A stretch of 64,000 bases of DNA from Eledone cirrhosa (lineage: Eukaryota), in contig OZ024766.1 in assembly GCA_964016885.1 (NCBI GenBank), forward strand, positions 10,416,001 through 10,480,000, given 5' to 3'. A model generated the notes under the pieces. The model made no database searches, was not told the DNA's origin, and saw only the letters and a list, made by a program, of their open reading frames with translations. Positions 62,224-64,000 of this stretch are shown here, piece after piece. A program made the position numbers and the translations under genes. Within the stretch, counting starts at the first letter, position 1, and each line of letters begins with the position of its first letter.

Positions 62224-62274
62224 AGATTCTACAGGACTAGAACTGTTTCATTCTTTAGAAATCATCAGGAATCT
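62224..62274 (-). ncRNA. Type-I hammerhead motif with stable stem III
   Basis: agattc CTGATGA tttc taaa gaat GAAA cag ttctagtc ctg TA gaatct; GUA site; degenerate paralogue at ~52836-52884. Confidence 0.75.
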
Positions 62275-62327
62275 TGCAAGATATATATCTATCTATCATT
62301 TTATTTGTACATCACACACAAGCATAT

Positions 62328-62431
62328 AGAGGGTGTTCCACAAAAATGTATACACACTTTAATTACCTATACAGGCAATATTTCTTAGAATGCTGATAAT
62401 GCGTGTATACATTTTTGGGGGACACCCTGTA
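62328..62431. mobile_element. Tc1/mariner-type MITE, second copy
   Basis: gagggtgttcc...ggacaccctg-ta; inverted relative of 8324-8427. Confidence 0.75.
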
Positions 62432-62764
62432 TATGAGAGAGAGAGAGAGAGAGAGAGTGAAAGAGAGAGAGAGTGAAAGAGAGAGAGAGAGGGTCACAGA
62501 GAGAGAGGGTGTGTGTGTGTGTGAGAGAGAGAGAGAGAAACGAGTATATGACCTTAAAGTGGTCATTTCTCGTGCTAGAAATAGCAGCTAAATGACAAAG
62601 GTGTGTAGAATATTTAAGTGAGGTGTATATATTTAGATGCTCAGCAAAACTGCACTCGATAATCAATACACATCACTGGCTATGTCTGTTAACCAATCAC
62701 CACCACCGCCACCAGACAGTATACACACTGTATAGATAAATACCTATATATATGTGTATATATA

Positions 62765-62837
<73 letters not shown>

Positions 62838-62850
62838 ATATATATATATA

Positions 62851-63053
62851 TAACGAAGGGGTTGTGGTAAGGAACCAGATGGACCATAACGCACCAGAGT
62901 ACTCAATACTTAGGGTAGCAGGGTAGGTAATAGGAAACAGTATGACCCCGACGGCAGAGCTCAAGCCGTTTCGACGGCTATTTCTAGACTATTTCTAGAA
63001 ATAGCCGTCGAAACGGCTTGAGCTCTGCCATCGGGGATCATACTTTTTCCTAT
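62851..63053. mobile_element. (TA)n-anchored fold-back element (shorter copies at 24556-24640 and 51992-52046)
   Basis: Shared taacgaagg...ggtaaggaacca...gtactcaa; palindrome at 62930-63053. Confidence 0.75.
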
Positions 63054-63201
63054 ATATATATAGCTTTATATTTTATACATACATATATAGGTACATATAC
63101 ACATACATTTATATCGGTATAGAAAATACGGTATATTAATGTATATAGAATGAATATAAAACAGTATATATATATAGTTTGTATGCATATATGTGTGTGT
63201 A

Positions 63202-63252
<51 letters not shown>

Positions 63253-63300
63253 CTAAACCTACCGTATGTTTTAACATACAGCGATATATATATACACACT

Positions 63301-63342
<42 letters not shown>

Positions 63343-63387
63343 CATACATGAATATATCGGTGCATATTAAGATATATACGATATGTT

Positions 63388-63429
<42 letters not shown>

Positions 63430-63484
63430 CACAAACATCGCATATACCTGAATATGCACCGATGAATACATGAATACATGTATG

Positions 63485-63522
<38 letters not shown>

Positions 63523-63689
63523 AACATACCGTATATGTCTTAATATACGCCGATACATATATATATACCCGGCTCACGTTTATATAATTAATGAAATGGT
63601 TTGTCAGAGATAAACGTAACACGAACAAAAACACAATAGAAAAATTAACGATAGCAATTAGTGAGTGTATATTTATATATATATACACT

Positions 63690-63730
<41 letters not shown>

Positions 63731-63742
63731 CAGTATATATAC

Positions 63743-63810
<68 letters not shown>

Positions 63811-63857
63811 TGGTGTATATATATATATACACTGGTATATATATATATATATACACT

Positions 63858-63904
<47 letters not shown>

Positions 63905-63905
63905 T

Positions 63906-63953
<48 letters not shown>

Positions 63954-63959
63954 TACACT

Positions 63960-64000
<41 letters not shown>

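Overview
Repeat-dense, AT-rich eukaryotic DNA. The SINE, RTE, CR1 and Penelope families and the long (TA)n tracts point to a mollusc, most likely an octopod cephalopod (inference). Most ORFs in the track are repeat artefacts. Two spliced host genes can be read. (1) A minus-strand FAM110-family gene: a 157-bp exon at 42926-43082 ([16 protein letters not shown]) splices in phase to a ~3.5-kb last coding exon at 37411-40906 (MHRSQSD, ELERFFNEMG, SIVERNARIIKWL); the start exon was not found. (2) The last two exons (5148-5223, 6269-6283, +) of a small Cys-rich protein with a hydrophobic C-terminus, missed by the ORF track. The rest is degraded RTE, CR1, CRE-like, Penelope, Tc1/mariner and Helitron-like elements, tRNA-derived SINEs and about 20 tandem arrays, many amplified from inside LINEs or SINEs. 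The most striking signal is 11 type-I hammerhead-ribozyme motifs from several families in short (TA)n-anchored, often fold-back elements. One 350-bp palindrome carries a hammerhead on each strand, and three fold-back junctions appear to map to the stem-II hairpin. All structures were read by eye; no folding or database search was run.
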